A stretch of 64,000 nt of DNA from Candidatus Poribacteria bacterium (GTDB taxonomy: Bacteria; Poribacteria; WGA-4E; JAJDTR01), in NCBI GenBank assembly GCA_965222225.1, contig CBDCTK010000002.1, positions 4,704,001 through 4,768,000 of the forward strand. The letters run 5' to 3'. Made by a program: the position numbers and the translations under genes. This document shows positions 1 to 9,993 of the stretch, in pieces; positions within the stretch are counted from its first letter, which is position 1; each line of letters starts with the position of its first letter. The notes below the pieces were generated by a model. It searched no databases and was not told the origin of the DNA. It saw only the letters and a list, made by a program, of their open reading frames with translations.

Positions 1-725
1 TTGTTCCAAGGTTCAAGAGTGGCGACAAGCTCAACTTGTTTGCGATCGCCCACCGCCGTTACGCCAAAAAGTGCGACAACATCAATAATTCCTATTCCCC
101 GAACTTCGATGTAGTGCTTGAATGGTCGAGGACGAATACCAAAGACGCGATGCTCCGACACTTTCTTCAGTAGCACGGTATCGTCAGCAATAACACGATG
201 ACCACTCTGCAGGAGTCCAAGTGTGCATTCGCTCTTGCCAATGCCACTCTGACCTAAAATCAACACGCCGACGCCGAAAACATCAACCAGATTCCCGTGT
301 ACATACTCCGAAGGCCCAAATTCGTCTTCAAAGAAAAGGAGCAGGCGCGTCGTGAACGTTGAGGACGCAAGGACTGTTGTCAAAACCGTAATCTGATTTC
401 GATTGGCAAGGTCAATCAACTCTTCTGGCGGACACAATCCGCTCGTAACAACAATACAAGGAAGGGGATATGAAAGTAATTGATTTAACACATCGAAACG
501 GGCTGTAGCGGAAAGACTTTCTAAATATCCGACTTCACCGTGTCCGAAAATCTGAACGCGATCGTGCCCGAAGTGTTCGTAATAACCACAAAGTGCCAAG
601 CCGGGGCGATTGGATTCTGCGGTCTTAATCTGCCTATCTAACCCTGCCTCACCAGCCACGACATCCGTTTGTAGTTCATGCCCTGCATATTTGATTAGAT
701 TGCGTACCGTTACATGCTGTTTCAT
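1..725 (-). CDS. hprK: HPr(Ser) kinase/phosphorylase, 3' end runs off the window
   Basis: Not in the ORF track. Manual translation from ATG at 725 gives MKQHVTVRNL...NRPGLALCGY...HGNLVDVFGVGVLILGQSGIGKSE (Walker A)...IADD...IEVRGIGII, the HprK signature. Confidence 0.93.
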   Translation of the reverse strand, partial: MKQHVTVRNLIKYAGHELQTDVVAGEAGLDRQIKTAESNRPGLALCGYYEHFGHDRVQIFGHGEVGYLESLSATARFDVLNQLLSYPLPCIVVTSGLCPPEELIDLANRNQITVLTTVLASSTFTTRLLLFFEDEFGPSEYVHGNLVDVFGVGVLILGQSGIGKSECTLGLLQSGHRVIADDTVLLKKVSEHRVFGIRPRPFKHYIEVRGIGIIDVVALFGVTAVGDRKQVELVATLEPWN

Positions 726-743
726 TGAAGCGATTCCAGGAGG

Positions 744-1313
744 TCATGAAAATTCGGGTTCCACCCACCCGTATTCCCCACCATCTGTTTCGTAGAGTAG
801 ATTCACTTGTGATGTTTCCGCGTTCACAAAAAGTAGCAGCGAATCTTCGGAAACCTGCAACTCCATTGCCGCGTCTTCAACCGTTAGCGGCTTGGATGCA
901 AATTTGTCCGTAACCTTTACAATCGGTGCAGATGCAGTAGGCGAATCGTCGCTTGCTGCCGCTGCAGACGATGTCGCCGCGTCTTCGTTCAATTGGGCCG
1001 CGACATCGCGATGTGATTGGCGATGTCGCCAATCCTTCATCCGTTCCTTATGACGTCTCACTTGCGATTCAACACGATTTAGGGCAGTGTCAAGCGATTC
1101 AAAAACGTCGTGCGTCTCAATCCGCGCATGAAATGTCGTTTTTCGGGCGAATAAAGTCAATTCCGTGCAATATCGAGATTTTTCCTGTTCAATGACGACC
1201 TGTAACTCATCAAGAAAGTTGAAAACCCCTTCGAGTTTACTCGCCCGTTTCTCTACAAAACTCCGCACGTCATCTGTGATTTGGACGTGACGGCCGGTAA
1301 AAGTTATCTGCAT
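744..1313 (-). CDS. hpf: Ribosome hibernation promoting factor (long HPF / sigma-54 modulation protein)
   Basis: MQITFTGRHVQIT N-terminus and C-terminal KPLTVEDAAMEL...FVNAETSQVNLLY; directly downstream of rpoN. Confidence 0.92.
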   Translation of the reverse strand: MQITFTGRHVQITDDVRSFVEKRASKLEGVFNFLDELQVVIEQEKSRYCTELTLFARKTTFHARIETHDVFESLDTALNRVESQVRRHKERMKDWRHRQSHRDVAAQLNEDAATSSAAAASDDSPTASAPIVKVTDKFASKPLTVEDAAMELQVSEDSLLLFVNAETSQVNLLYETDGGEYGWVEPEFS

Positions 1314-1388
1314 ACCAAGAACCTCGTTAACTGATTGTGATTCTAATTAAATAATTTGATGATGACTACAGTGTCAAAATCTATGCTG

Positions 1389-3116
1389 TTACCACGCCTG
1401 TTTTCTTTTGCTTGTCGAGAGTATATTAAGTTCCTCTCGGTACTTCTGGACCGTGCGTCTAGCAACATGAATTCCTTGTTTTCCTAGCGCATTGGCGATT
1501 GCTTGATCGCTGAGTGGCTTTGCCGTGTTTTCTCCATCGATCATTTCCTTAATTTTATCCTTGACTATTGTTGAGGAAACACTCTCTCCCGAGTCGGTCG
1601 GCAAGTACGTGCTAAAAAAGAATTTCAGTTTATATATTCCTTGTGGTGTCTCGACATATTTGTTTGATGTGACTCGGCTGACCGTGGATTCATGAACGCC
1701 TGCCATTGCCGCAATCTCCTTGAGCGTTAAGGGCTTTAATCCTGCAGTCCCCTGATCCAGAAAATCCGCCTGAATCTTAAAAATAGCTTCAGTCACACTT
1801 ACTATCGTCCTGCGACGTTGATTGATACTGCTAATAAAATCAATCGCCGAACTACGATGCTGTTCTAGCCACTTCTTTGTTTCGCCATTAACCTTCCCAT
1901 TTTGGCCGCGCAGCATATTTACATAAAACGGGTTCAGTCGTAGCCGAGGCATTCCATCGTCATTCGTAAGGAATTGGTATTCCCCACTGATTTTTTTGAT
2001 GGAAACCTCCGGGATGATGAGACGAGAGGGGTTATTACCGTTTCTTAGATACTTGCCCGTAGGGTCTGAAAAATAGCGACCCGGATATGGCGCAAGGTGG
2101 CCAATGAACTCCTTTGCTTTAATTACTTCCTTAATGTCCACCTCAAGCCGCTGCGCAATTCGTGGAATCTGGTTGTTCATGAAGTCTTCAAAGTGGTTCC
2201 TGAGGATTGCTTCGGCGACGGGATTGTGCGTTTCGTTCACCTTCATTTGGATCAGCATTGTTTCAGGGACTGTCCGAAACGCAATACCAATCGGTTCAAA
2301 ATTCTCTTGAATATACTCAAGCACTTCCTCTACATGTTCAACATCACAACCGATAGCACCGGCAATCTCCTCAAACGTGAGATTATAGACTTCTAGTCGG
2401 CCATTCTCATGTCTTACCGTGTATGTCTGTTTGTTCTCCTCATCGACTATCTTCCATTTGCCTTCCTCTTTTCCTAGTACAATTGTGGAGTTAGTAGACA
2501 GCGAAATTTCGTCACTTGACAACTCTTGGCGGAGGTGACGTTCGAGAACCTTACGTAAACCGTCGGAGAGGTACGCATCATCCAGGTCGTTCTTGTATTT
2601 GGAACTTATTACGAAGAGGGGCATCTTCAGCTGCCCGTCATCGTTCAAGTTGCCGATAATCTGCTCACCGATAGCTTTTTCAATGTCCGACATCAGTGTG
2701 ACGCTAAGTTGGGCAAGCAAGAATTCGTGCAACGATTGTGTCCCAGCAACATCGGATTGTGGTCCATCTTCATCGTCCGCCTGTTGGAATGAGGTTTGCT
2801 CGCTGACGTTCGCGATATCATCAAAGACGGCATCCCAGTCAATGTCCGGCTCCTTATCTTCCTGATCCAAACTTTTTTCCGGTTCGTTCCATTCGGTATC
2901 CGGATCCAACTCTGTTGTCCCAACAAGGTCTTCAATATCTAGTTCCTCGGTTTGAATTTCATCTTCTTCTAGCAGAGGGTTTTGTTCCAACTGTTGCGTC
3001 ATGAACTGGTTAAGTTCCAGTTGCGGCATAAGCAGCACTTTGATCGCCTGCTGCAACTTCGGTGTCATAATTAATTGCTGTTTCAGGGTTGCAACCTGTC
3101 GTAATCCAAGGTTCAT
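1389..3116 (-). CDS. rpoN: RNA polymerase sigma-54 factor
   Basis: Q/L-rich region I (QQLIMTPKLQQAIK), HTH VHESTVSR, RpoN box ARRTVQKYRE. Confidence 0.97.
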   Translation of the reverse strand: MNLGLRQVATLKQQLIMTPKLQQAIKVLLMPQLELNQFMTQQLEQNPLLEEDEIQTEELDIEDLVGTTELDPDTEWNEPEKSLDQEDKEPDIDWDAVFDDIANVSEQTSFQQADDEDGPQSDVAGTQSLHEFLLAQLSVTLMSDIEKAIGEQIIGNLNDDGQLKMPLFVISSKYKNDLDDAYLSDGLRKVLERHLRQELSSDEISLSTNSTIVLGKEEGKWKIVDEENKQTYTVRHENGRLEVYNLTFEEIAGAIGCDVEHVEEVLEYIQENFEPIGIAFRTVPETMLIQMKVNETHNPVAEAILRNHFEDFMNNQIPRIAQRLEVDIKEVIKAKEFIGHLAPYPGRYFSDPTGKYLRNGNNPSRLIIPEVSIKKISGEYQFLTNDDGMPRLRLNPFYVNMLRGQNGKVNGETKKWLEQHRSSAIDFISSINQRRRTIVSVTEAIFKIQADFLDQGTAGLKPLTLKEIAAMAGVHESTVSRVTSNKYVETPQGIYKLKFFFSTYLPTDSGESVSSTIVKDKIKEMIDGENTAKPLSDQAIANALGKQGIHVARRTVQKYREELNILSTSKRKQAW

Positions 3117-3132
3117 GATTCGCTCCTCAAGA

Positions 3133-3885
3133 TCATCGGTTCAAGGGGCCGCTTCTGAGTTCGAAATTATGTCCGAAGTATAAATCTCGCGCCAACTGGT
3201 TACCAACCAACTCCTCGGGAGTACCGGTCAGCGTGATTTTACCATCAGCAATCAAGTAAGCTCTATCGACAATTCCAAGTGTTTCTTCCGCATTGTGATC
3301 GGTAATCAAGATTCCAAGGTCCCGACTGCGCAGGTGCAAGATGAGTTGCTGAATATCTTGTACGGCAATCGGGTCGATTCCCGAAAACGGTTCGTCTAGC
3401 AAGATAAAGGACGGAGAAGCCGCCAAGGCTCGCGCAATTTCTGCCCGTCGACATTCTCCGCCTGAAAGCGTATACGCCTTGCGATTCGCCAAGTCAGAGA
3501 TGCCGAGTTCCTCCATAAGCTGTCCCGCACGTCGTTTGCGCTCGTCTTTGGGGATATCAAGCACCTCAAGAATTGACATTAGATTTTGTTCAATCGTCAA
3601 CTTGCGAAAGATGGATGTTTCCTGCGCGAGGTACCCTATTCCAAGCCTTGCTCTTTTGTACATGGGCAAGAAAGTGATATCTCGATCGTCGTAGATAACC
3701 TGTCCGGCGTTGGGACGAATCAGCCCGACCACCATATAGAATGTGGTGGATTTCCCGGCGCCGTTTGGTCCAAGCAAGCCAACTATCTCTCCGGTTTCAA
3801 CATCAAGATCCACCTGATTGACAACAATCGGTCCTGTACGCGAATATCTTTTTATAAGTCCCCGAGCTTGAAGTCGGCTCGACAT
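3133..3885 (-). CDS. lptB: LPS export ABC transporter ATP-binding protein
   Basis: GPNGAGKST, YLAQETSIF, LSGGE, LLDEPFSGIDP, LITDH; lptA-lptB-rpoN synteny. Confidence 0.96.
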   Translation of the reverse strand: MSSRLQARGLIKRYSRTGPIVVNQVDLDVETGEIVGLLGPNGAGKSTTFYMVVGLIRPNAGQVIYDDRDITFLPMYKRARLGIGYLAQETSIFRKLTIEQNLMSILEVLDIPKDERKRRAGQLMEELGISDLANRKAYTLSGGECRRAEIARALAASPSFILLDEPFSGIDPIAVQDIQQLILHLRSRDLGILITDHNAEETLGIVDRAYLIADGKITLTGTPEELVGNQLARDLYFGHNFELRSGPLNR

Positions 3886-3945
3886 ATATGTTTTACCCCA
3901 ATTCGTGTTGCGCCGATACGTTGAATCAAAACCGTGCTGCCGCAG

Positions 3946-4617
3946 CTAGTTTTGCTTTGGTAACTCTTCGTCTTTCGTCGTCGATTCCGCACTTTTCTTT
4001 TCTCGCTTCATTCTAACCTTGAATTTGACGCCACCGTCCGCTGTTTGCTTTCCGGTGCGTCTATTGAAGGTAAAATGTTTGGCTTCCAATCGATCGGCGT
4101 TTTGAAGAACGACGACATTGTCCCGGAGATCGACAGTATCATCAGTGTGGTTTATGATTGCGTGTTCGCATGTGGCAAAAATATCCTCGTCGCGGATTTC
4201 AACGTTTCGCTCTGCAACCGTTTTGGAATATTCGCCGGTCCCAATGTCTTCATGCATGGTTACCTTATCTGCGTTTAGAAAACCGTTAGGTCGCTTCATC
4301 CTAACGTTCCCAGTCCAGATGGAAATGCCTTTCTTCTCATCGCGATTAAAGTTTTCGGCGAATATCTCGATCATCTCCTCATCATCCGATGTGTCAACCG
4401 AATCAGACTCAACTTGCTCTTGTGCGGCGGTAGTCGTTTCGAGTTCCTCCGCGTATGCTTCGTGTGAGAATGCGAAGAGACTGAGGCAAAAACCAAGAGC
4501 CCAAACAAGTGCTATCATCCCTCCCGCGGTCCAAGCGCGAAAACCGAGACGGGCTCTGCACATGGTGGCTGATGTTGTTTTCCGTATTTCACCGATTTGA
4601 TTCATTGACCTTTTCAT
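3946..4617 (-). CDS. lptA: LptA/OstA-family LPS transport periplasmic protein
   Basis: Signal-like hydrophobic stretch, OstA-like beta-jellyroll pattern (WTGNVRM, LNADKV); lies between lptC and lptB. Confidence 0.75.
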   Translation of the reverse strand: MKRSMNQIGEIRKTTSATMCRARLGFRAWTAGGMIALVWALGFCLSLFAFSHEAYAEELETTTAAQEQVESDSVDTSDDEEMIEIFAENFNRDEKKGISIWTGNVRMKRPNGFLNADKVTMHEDIGTGEYSKTVAERNVEIRDEDIFATCEHAIINHTDDTVDLRDNVVVLQNADRLEAKHFTFNRRTGKQTADGGVKFKVRMKREKKSAESTTKDEELPKQN

Positions 4618-5215
4618 CCTTCGGATTAATCCTGAACAGCGTATTCTTCATCGTGAGTTTCTCTAGTGATGGACTAGCTTCCAGCTCATTCCCGGTTGCG
4701 GTTGAATCCCCACGCACGATTTTTGACATGTTAGGCGCATATAATTTGCCGTCTTGATCTCTCCAATGGAGTTCGTCCGTATATAGTTTCCCATCTTGGC
4801 TTTCACCAACAACTTGGCCGAACAGTTGGATATCATTCGACCTCTTGATGATTTCGCCACGATTACCTGTAAGTGTAATCTTCAGTTCACCGTCTTCAAA
4901 AATTTCGACAGTTGGCTCTTTTACTGCTATTATCTTCTTTAAGATTGTCGCCTCAGAGCCAACAAGCACCCATTTTACAACCCCCGCCTCGGTATGGCTT
5001 GTCGAAAACCCGTGGAGTGTTTGTTGGGGAATCTCCTCCGCGAATTGCGCGACATCCCCTTGTCCAGTGTCACACCCTAGCCCACAGAATGTGAGGGTGG
5101 TTATTAAAAGGGGCAAGAACCCCCAGCTCCAGTGTCTGGTTTCAGTTAAATGAGTTGAAATCAAGAAACGACTAGGAATCAATGAAATCTCCGAGCTGCC
5201 TTTTCCATCGCTCAT
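4589..5215 (-). CDS. lptC: LPS export protein LptC (start uncertain)
   Basis: N-terminal hydrophobic segment, LYTDELHW and ATGNELEAS motifs typical of LptC; synteny. Confidence 0.78.
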   Translation of the reverse strand: MSDGKGSSEISLIPSRFLISTHLTETRHWSWGFLPLLITTLTFCGLGCDTGQGDVAQFAEEIPQQTLHGFSTSHTEAGVVKWVLVGSEATILKKIIAVKEPTVEIFEDGELKITLTGNRGEIIKRSNDIQLFGQVVGESQDGKLYTDELHWRDQDGKLYAPNMSKIVRGDSTATGNELEASPSLEKLTMKNTLFRINPKDEKVNESNR

Positions 5216-6149
5216 GCATCCAGATCCACTGTTCGGGATAGCGCCTCACATAGGATTCGATTATCTTGGTGAACATCTGAGTGTTGATCAGGAAGTCTTG
5301 GTCTCGATTGCCGGTACTCTTTAGATCCAGCGGAGGCCCAACAATCACGCGATGTGTATCATCAGGTTGCCGAATAATGAAAGTTGGCAAAATCGCCGCG
5401 CCGGTTTTGAGAGCAATCGCTACGGGACTGTACGGTGTATGGGCGGAACGCCCGAAAAAATCAACAAAGACGCCGTTTACGCTTGTATCCACATCCGCCA
5501 GAACACCAATCAGTTCATTGCGTTTCAGGCAACGCAGAATGTCGCGGGCTGTGCTGTCGCGGTCAATGGTGGAGTAACCGGCGGCTTGCCGCCAACCACG
5601 AACCAGACCATCTAAGCGTTGTGACCTAAGTCGTCGAGCTATCGGCGTCAAAGGCGCTACTTGTTCCACGAGGCTAGCCGCCAAAAGTTCCCAATTACCG
5701 AAATGCCCGGTAAGGATTATTGCTCCCTTGCCTTGCGCCAATGCGCCGTCAATATGGGCTTTGCCCTCGAAAGTAACAATCTCTCGATTCTTCTTGCTCG
5801 AAGTATGCGGAAAACGGATAAACTCAATGAGATTCTTCCCCAGATTTTGGAAACTGCGGCGGACAATGCGTTTGGTGGAAGCTCCACCCTTTAACTTAAG
5901 GCTGAGATTGATGTGTTTCTCGGCGAGCGCTCTTTGTTTGGAGGCAAACCGATAAGCAACAGATCCGAGAAAAGCCCCGAAGGATAGCGCAATTTTGCGA
6001 GGAAACACGACAGCACATGCGCAAACCAGTTTCGCAGTGAACCTATAACTGGAATCCTTCAAAAAACGCCGCATACCCCGGTTGTGCGAGAATATGCATC
6101 GCACGCTGGCAATCAAATCTTGGTCTACGTTTTTCCAAAGCCCTAGCAA
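5172..6149 (-). CDS. Lipid A lauroyl/lysophospholipid acyltransferase (LpxL/HtrB family); true start may be ATG 6074
   Basis: LTGHFGNWEL, VFVDFFG, PEQWIWMHERWK. Confidence 0.9.
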   Translation of the reverse strand: MLGLWKNVDQDLIASVRCIFSHNRGMRRFLKDSSYRFTAKLVCACAVVFPRKIALSFGAFLGSVAYRFASKQRALAEKHINLSLKLKGGASTKRIVRRSFQNLGKNLIEFIRFPHTSSKKNREIVTFEGKAHIDGALAQGKGAIILTGHFGNWELLAASLVEQVAPLTPIARRLRSQRLDGLVRGWRQAAGYSTIDRDSTARDILRCLKRNELIGVLADVDTSVNGVFVDFFGRSAHTPYSPVAIALKTGAAILPTFIIRQPDDTHRVIVGPPLDLKSTGNRDQDFLINTQMFTKIIESYVRRYPEQWIWMHERWKRQLGDFIDS

Positions 6150-6173
6150 AAGCTATACCATATATCGGCGTGT

Positions 6174-6203
6174 ATTATAGCAGATAGTAAGATTGAATAA
6201 CAA
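6174..6203 (-). promoter_or_regulatory. Putative sigma-70 promoter for the lpxL-lpt-rpoN operon
   Basis: Minus strand TTGTTA-N18-TATAAT with TGn extension. Confidence 0.5.
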
Positions 6204-6414
6204 GCTGATTTGAGTCATCTACCATCAGGGCAATCGCATCTAACTTTGCGGCATAGGGGCATCGAAAACGAGAGAACGAGATACGTGAAAATGCCAAATC
6301 TAGGCGTGGAAAGGGTGAGATTGAATTAAATTAAAGAGATATAGAGAAGGGAAATCAGGGATTTAATGATTGAAGATTGTTGCGATAAACCAACCGTAGG
6401 AGATCGAGCGAACG

Positions 6415-6443
6415 ATCAACTGAGTGGATGGCGAAGGCGATAG
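6415..6443 (-). repeat. Degenerate copy of the 35-bp REP-inserted element
   Basis: Reverse complement ctatcgccttcgccatccactcagttgat matches 24/29 nt of CTATCGCACTCGCTATCCACTCGCTTGAT; GTAGGAG at 6396 and a short partial copy (atcgagcgaa, 6403-6412) lie just before it. Confidence 0.65.
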
Positions 6444-6526
6444 CTTTTCTCCGAAATTCACGCCATTGATACACTACCATTTTAGAGAAATGGTATTAGT
6501 TGCAATGACTATAAAATCGGGTGGGA

Positions 6527-7156
6527 TTAATTGGAATTGTGGGCGGAGTTGGAGTCCTCAAAAAGCAACTCCCGCCGTATCCACGACACAACGTCATGGA
6601 TACCGGCTCCATCACGCAAATTGGTAAAGACAAAGGGCTTGTCACCGCGCATCCGTTTCGTGTCTCTCTCCATGACGCCGAGATCCGCCCCCACGTATAT
6701 CGCCAGGTCAATCTTGTTGATAACCAGTAGATCGGAGCGTGTTAGGCCCGGACCGCCCTTTCGCGGAATTTTGTCTCCTCCGGCGACATCTATGACGTAA
6801 ATTGCGGCATCCACGAGTTCCGGGCTGAAAAAGGCGGCGAGATTATCCCCGCCGCTTTCGAGAAATAGAATATCCAGATTGGGAAAATCGCTACTCATCT
6901 GATCGACCGCCTCAAGATTGGCAGAAATGTCCTCGCGGATAGCCGTGTGCGGGCAGCCGCCGGTTTCTACGCCGAGAATTCGTTCCTTTGGCAACGCTTC
7001 AAGGCGTGTGAGTATCTCCGCGTCTTCGCGTGTGAAGATGTCATTCGTTATTGCCGCCAACTCATAGGTATCACGCATGGTCTTGCACAACTTTTCTATG
7101 AGCGCGGTCTTGCCCGATCCGACGGGGCCTCCGATGCCGATTTTCAGCGGTTTCAT
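6527..7156 (-). CDS. ureG: Urease accessory GTPase UreG
   Basis: [42 protein letters not shown]. Confidence 0.97.
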   Translation of the reverse strand: MKPLKIGIGGPVGSGKTALIEKLCKTMRDTYELAAITNDIFTREDAEILTRLEALPKERILGVETGGCPHTAIREDISANLEAVDQMSSDFPNLDILFLESGGDNLAAFFSPELVDAAIYVIDVAGGDKIPRKGGPGLTRSDLLVINKIDLAIYVGADLGVMERDTKRMRGDKPFVFTNLRDGAGIHDVVSWIRRELLFEDSNSAHNSN

Positions 7157-7217
7157 TACGGTTTTGCCTTTACGGTTTCAGTCTAGTGGTTCGCTTAACG
7201 TAGGTGTCAGGACTAAA

Positions 7218-7916
7218 TTAGGAAATGAAGAGCCTCGAATATAGACCTTCGTGCCGCATACTCTGAATATCAAGTCCGGGTGTAAAGCCGCCTAGATTAC
7301 CTATGTCCGCGGTCTGTGCGAACCGAGAAATCTCTAGGAGATTGGCGCGAAGGTGCTGGATGACCCGCTGTCCATCCGTTGGTTTGAGTGGAATCAACCG
7401 TACCGCAGCAGACACCTGGCTTACGACGAAAGCGTGAAGATAGCCAAGCAGTGTCGAGCGCAGGTCAATCTTCGCAGCGGACGCGACCAAGCCGTACGCG
7501 ATGGCATGGTGCCCGGCGCATTTTCCCGATTGAATCCGTTTCACATATTCGTCCAACATCTCACTCTCTGCAAGTGTTGCGGCGTTGCGGAGAAACTGTT
7601 TTCCAATTTTGACACTCGCCTCTCGCAATTCACGAGAAATCGTCATCGCCGTTAGGCGTTGGTCAAGGTCGACAATCTGCTCAATCTCAGTCGCGTTATA
7701 CGTTAACGAAACCGCAAGAGCATCGCCAGTTTGCATTCCCTGAAAGAGGATAGAGCGGAGAAAGCACTCAAGCGTTTCGCGATCGTGGACGTGCCCATCT
7801 TGGACATAGGTTTCCAACCCGAAGGAGTGGGCAAACGCGCCTATCGGGAAAAAACTGTCTGTGAACTGAAGGAGAGCCAACAGGGACTCGCTCGTTATCG
7901 ACGTATCAGTGGACAT
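7218..7916 (-). CDS. ureF: Urease accessory protein UreF (likely start ATG 7916)
   Basis: LQFTDSFFPIGAFAHSFGLE and C-terminal HEGLYSRLFIS. Confidence 0.95.
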   Translation of the reverse strand: MSTDTSITSESLLALLQFTDSFFPIGAFAHSFGLETYVQDGHVHDRETLECFLRSILFQGMQTGDALAVSLTYNATEIEQIVDLDQRLTAMTISRELREASVKIGKQFLRNAATLAESEMLDEYVKRIQSGKCAGHHAIAYGLVASAAKIDLRSTLLGYLHAFVVSQVSAAVRLIPLKPTDGQRVIQHLRANLLEISRFAQTADIGNLGGFTPGLDIQSMRHEGLYSRLFIS

Positions 7917-8355
7917 GGGCGTGGGGAGCGGATTGGCGGGCAACGTGTGTGAAGACACGCTCCTCAATAGTGTAATGGAATCCTAACCGGAGGAATTGAT
8001 TCTCAAGGACGGGTTCATAAGGAACGAGAATCGCGCCGTCATCGAATCCGACGGGACGATGCAGGTTTCCCATCTGGTAGCAGACAAGACCGTAATTCTC
8101 GGTCGTTTCAGGACGAAGAACAAACACTTTTTCGGGCAGCCCTTCAACGACAATTTCAACTTCGGCATCCCGATACAAGATATCTCCGGGAGATAATACC
8201 GTCCCGGTGGGAAGTGCGAGACCTACCTCTCGTCCGGCTTCGGTTCTGAGTCGCTGGCGGCATTTTTGCCGGGCTTCCCAATCCAACCTTACGACATCGC
8301 GCTCTGGCGACGGGAATTTGACAACTTGTGTGACAATCTTTTGGACGAGGAGCAT
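7906..8355 (-). CDS. ureE: Urease accessory nickel chaperone UreE
   Basis: RQRLRTEAGREVGLALP, YQMGNLH, His-rich tail HAHVH. Confidence 0.92.
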   Translation of the reverse strand: MLLVQKIVTQVVKFPSPERDVVRLDWEARQKCRQRLRTEAGREVGLALPTGTVLSPGDILYRDAEVEIVVEGLPEKVFVLRPETTENYGLVCYQMGNLHRPVGFDDGAILVPYEPVLENQFLRLGFHYTIEERVFTHVARQSAPHAHVH

Positions 8356-8367
8356 TGACCTTCTGGT

Positions 8368-8859
8368 TTATGATAATTCAAGGATTAGATTGTGAATTGA
8401 GAACCCGCGTTCTTCATCCACCGTTCGCTGCTCATAATCGATCCATACTTGGGTTGGATACCCCAACTCGGAGTGATATTCTGCCGAGATAGTATGGGAA
8501 TTTGCGTCGATTGCCGACTGTAGAAGATTGAACAGCCCATCCATCGTATGGTAGCGTTCAATAGCGACGTCAAGAGGTATTGGAACATCGTCTTCGACAA
8601 AAGCGGCGCTGTGAATCCGATTTTCGCGCACCGTGATATTGACTTGGGCGACAAAGTCAATACTGCAGAAGCAGAACCATTGGAAATTAAATTGATAGTT
8701 GGACGCCATTTCCGAGTCCCACTTCTTTCGATTGCTATCTAGCTGTGATTGGGTATCAACATGTCGGTCGTCGCCTAGTTTAAGAATATCACATCCACAC
8801 AGCGGCGCGAGCATAAAGTATAACACGATTATGCGAAACAACACGTGCCTATTCTTCAT
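8368..8859 (-). CDS. Putative lipoprotein, DUF6174-like
   Basis: Lipobox-like LCGC; YQF...CFC...YHSELGYP...DEE pattern. Confidence 0.65.
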   Translation of the reverse strand: MKNRHVLFRIIVLYFMLAPLCGCDILKLGDDRHVDTQSQLDSNRKKWDSEMASNYQFNFQWFCFCSIDFVAQVNITVRENRIHSAAFVEDDVPIPLDVAIERYHTMDGLFNLLQSAIDANSHTISAEYHSELGYPTQVWIDYEQRTVDEERGFSIHNLILELS

Positions 8860-9265
8860 TCCGGATTTCCTCCCTGCCTAGTCACGTTGGGGGGGGTAGA
8901 CTTTACCCTTTCCCGCAAGCTGTACCAATTCCCTTCAGGGTCCAAGAAGATGGCGAACTTGCCCCAAGGCATTTCTTTAGGTTCTTGAGAAAATTCTACT
9001 CCTCGCCCAGCCATTGACTCGTGGGTTACTGTAATATCTTCGCATTCAAACCCGAGAGACGGCTTCCGTTCATCCCAATCTTCCATCATGCTTTTCGCGT
9101 AGATGACGATGCAGGAATCGGCGCCCGGCGGAGCCATTTCAATCCATCGGGCTTCAGGACCCATAGGCAGATCTCTTCGGACTTCAATTCCCACCTGTTC
9201 TCCCAAAACTGGATGGCTGCCTCCTGATCTGTCACATAGACGGCAGTTGTAGCTATTTTTTCAAT
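8856..9265 (-). pseudogene. VOC/glyoxalase-family gene, frameshifted near 9200 and fused at its 5' end to the upstream gene
   Basis: VOC N-terminus IEKIATTAVYVTDQEAAIQFW is in the upstream ORF's frame; the rest (EQVGIEV...RWIEMAP...MPWGKFAIFLDPEGN) is in another frame. Confidence 0.75.
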
Positions 9266-9721
9266 TGGTGTACCATAATCCAAGTACGACATGGGTGTTT
9301 CGTTCAAGCGAAACGAAACTTCAAATGGAGATAGACCGCCTTCTGTTAGATAGAACTTCGCCTGCAATATGAAATCGTTTATTGAGCCGGTTACCGATCG
9401 GTTAAGCGCCTTCGAAAAACGGACGATATCCACTGATGGAACGATGAACTTCTCAAATATCGATTCATTTCCGGCCGAACGAATGACATCACTCATATAG
9501 TCTGTAACCCCCTCCAGGAACATACGATCGTCCCTCAGTCCTCGACCGAACATCACCATAGAATAGAGCGAGATTGTGTTGGTAATGGGCACGTATTGGG
9601 TACGGTCGGCGGTGAACAGATGTACGGACCAATCCGCAAATGGATTAAGATCAACCGGCAAAATCTGGTCAGGAGTCACGTGTATCTTCTTGCCCAGTTT
9701 GGTTGAAATTCGAAATATCAC
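9086..9721 (-). CDS. DUF6933-like hypothetical protein reading into the VOC remnant (GTG start ~9721)
   Basis: IFRISTKLGKKI...DWSVHLF...NRSVTGSIND...LNETPMS pattern. Confidence 0.55.
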   Translation of the reverse strand: MIFRISTKLGKKIHVTPDQILPVDLNPFADWSVHLFTADRTQYVPITNTISLYSMVMFGRGLRDDRMFLEGVTDYMSDVIRSAGNESIFEKFIVPSVDIVRFSKALNRSVTGSINDFILQAKFYLTEGGLSPFEVSFRLNETPMSYLDYGTPIEKIATTAVYVTDQEAAIQFWENRWELKSEEICLWVLKPDGLKWLRRAPIPASSSTRKA

Positions 9722-9993
9722 GCTCTCGTCCCTTCGCAATGTTCCGTCATTGGCATCGCTGATTGGCGTACATTTTCCAATGACGTTTCAGTGCCCTAAT
9801 GTTGCGCAAACAATATCGCCAAGCACTCCGCCTTAATGAAGCCCTTGATTTCCAAATATGTATAATCTATGTATTTACAGGATTTCATTCTGTCTAGACC
9901 GCATATTATCCACTGTTAAACCCCTCGCGAAACGTAAATTCGGTCAAGCTAATGTTGCCGATACTGCACGGTTCTGTGTTCACCACTGTCCGA

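Noticed and set aside
2385-2624. Intein in RpoN
   Set aside because: No N-terminal Cys/Ser or C-terminal His-Asn splice motifs, and too short.
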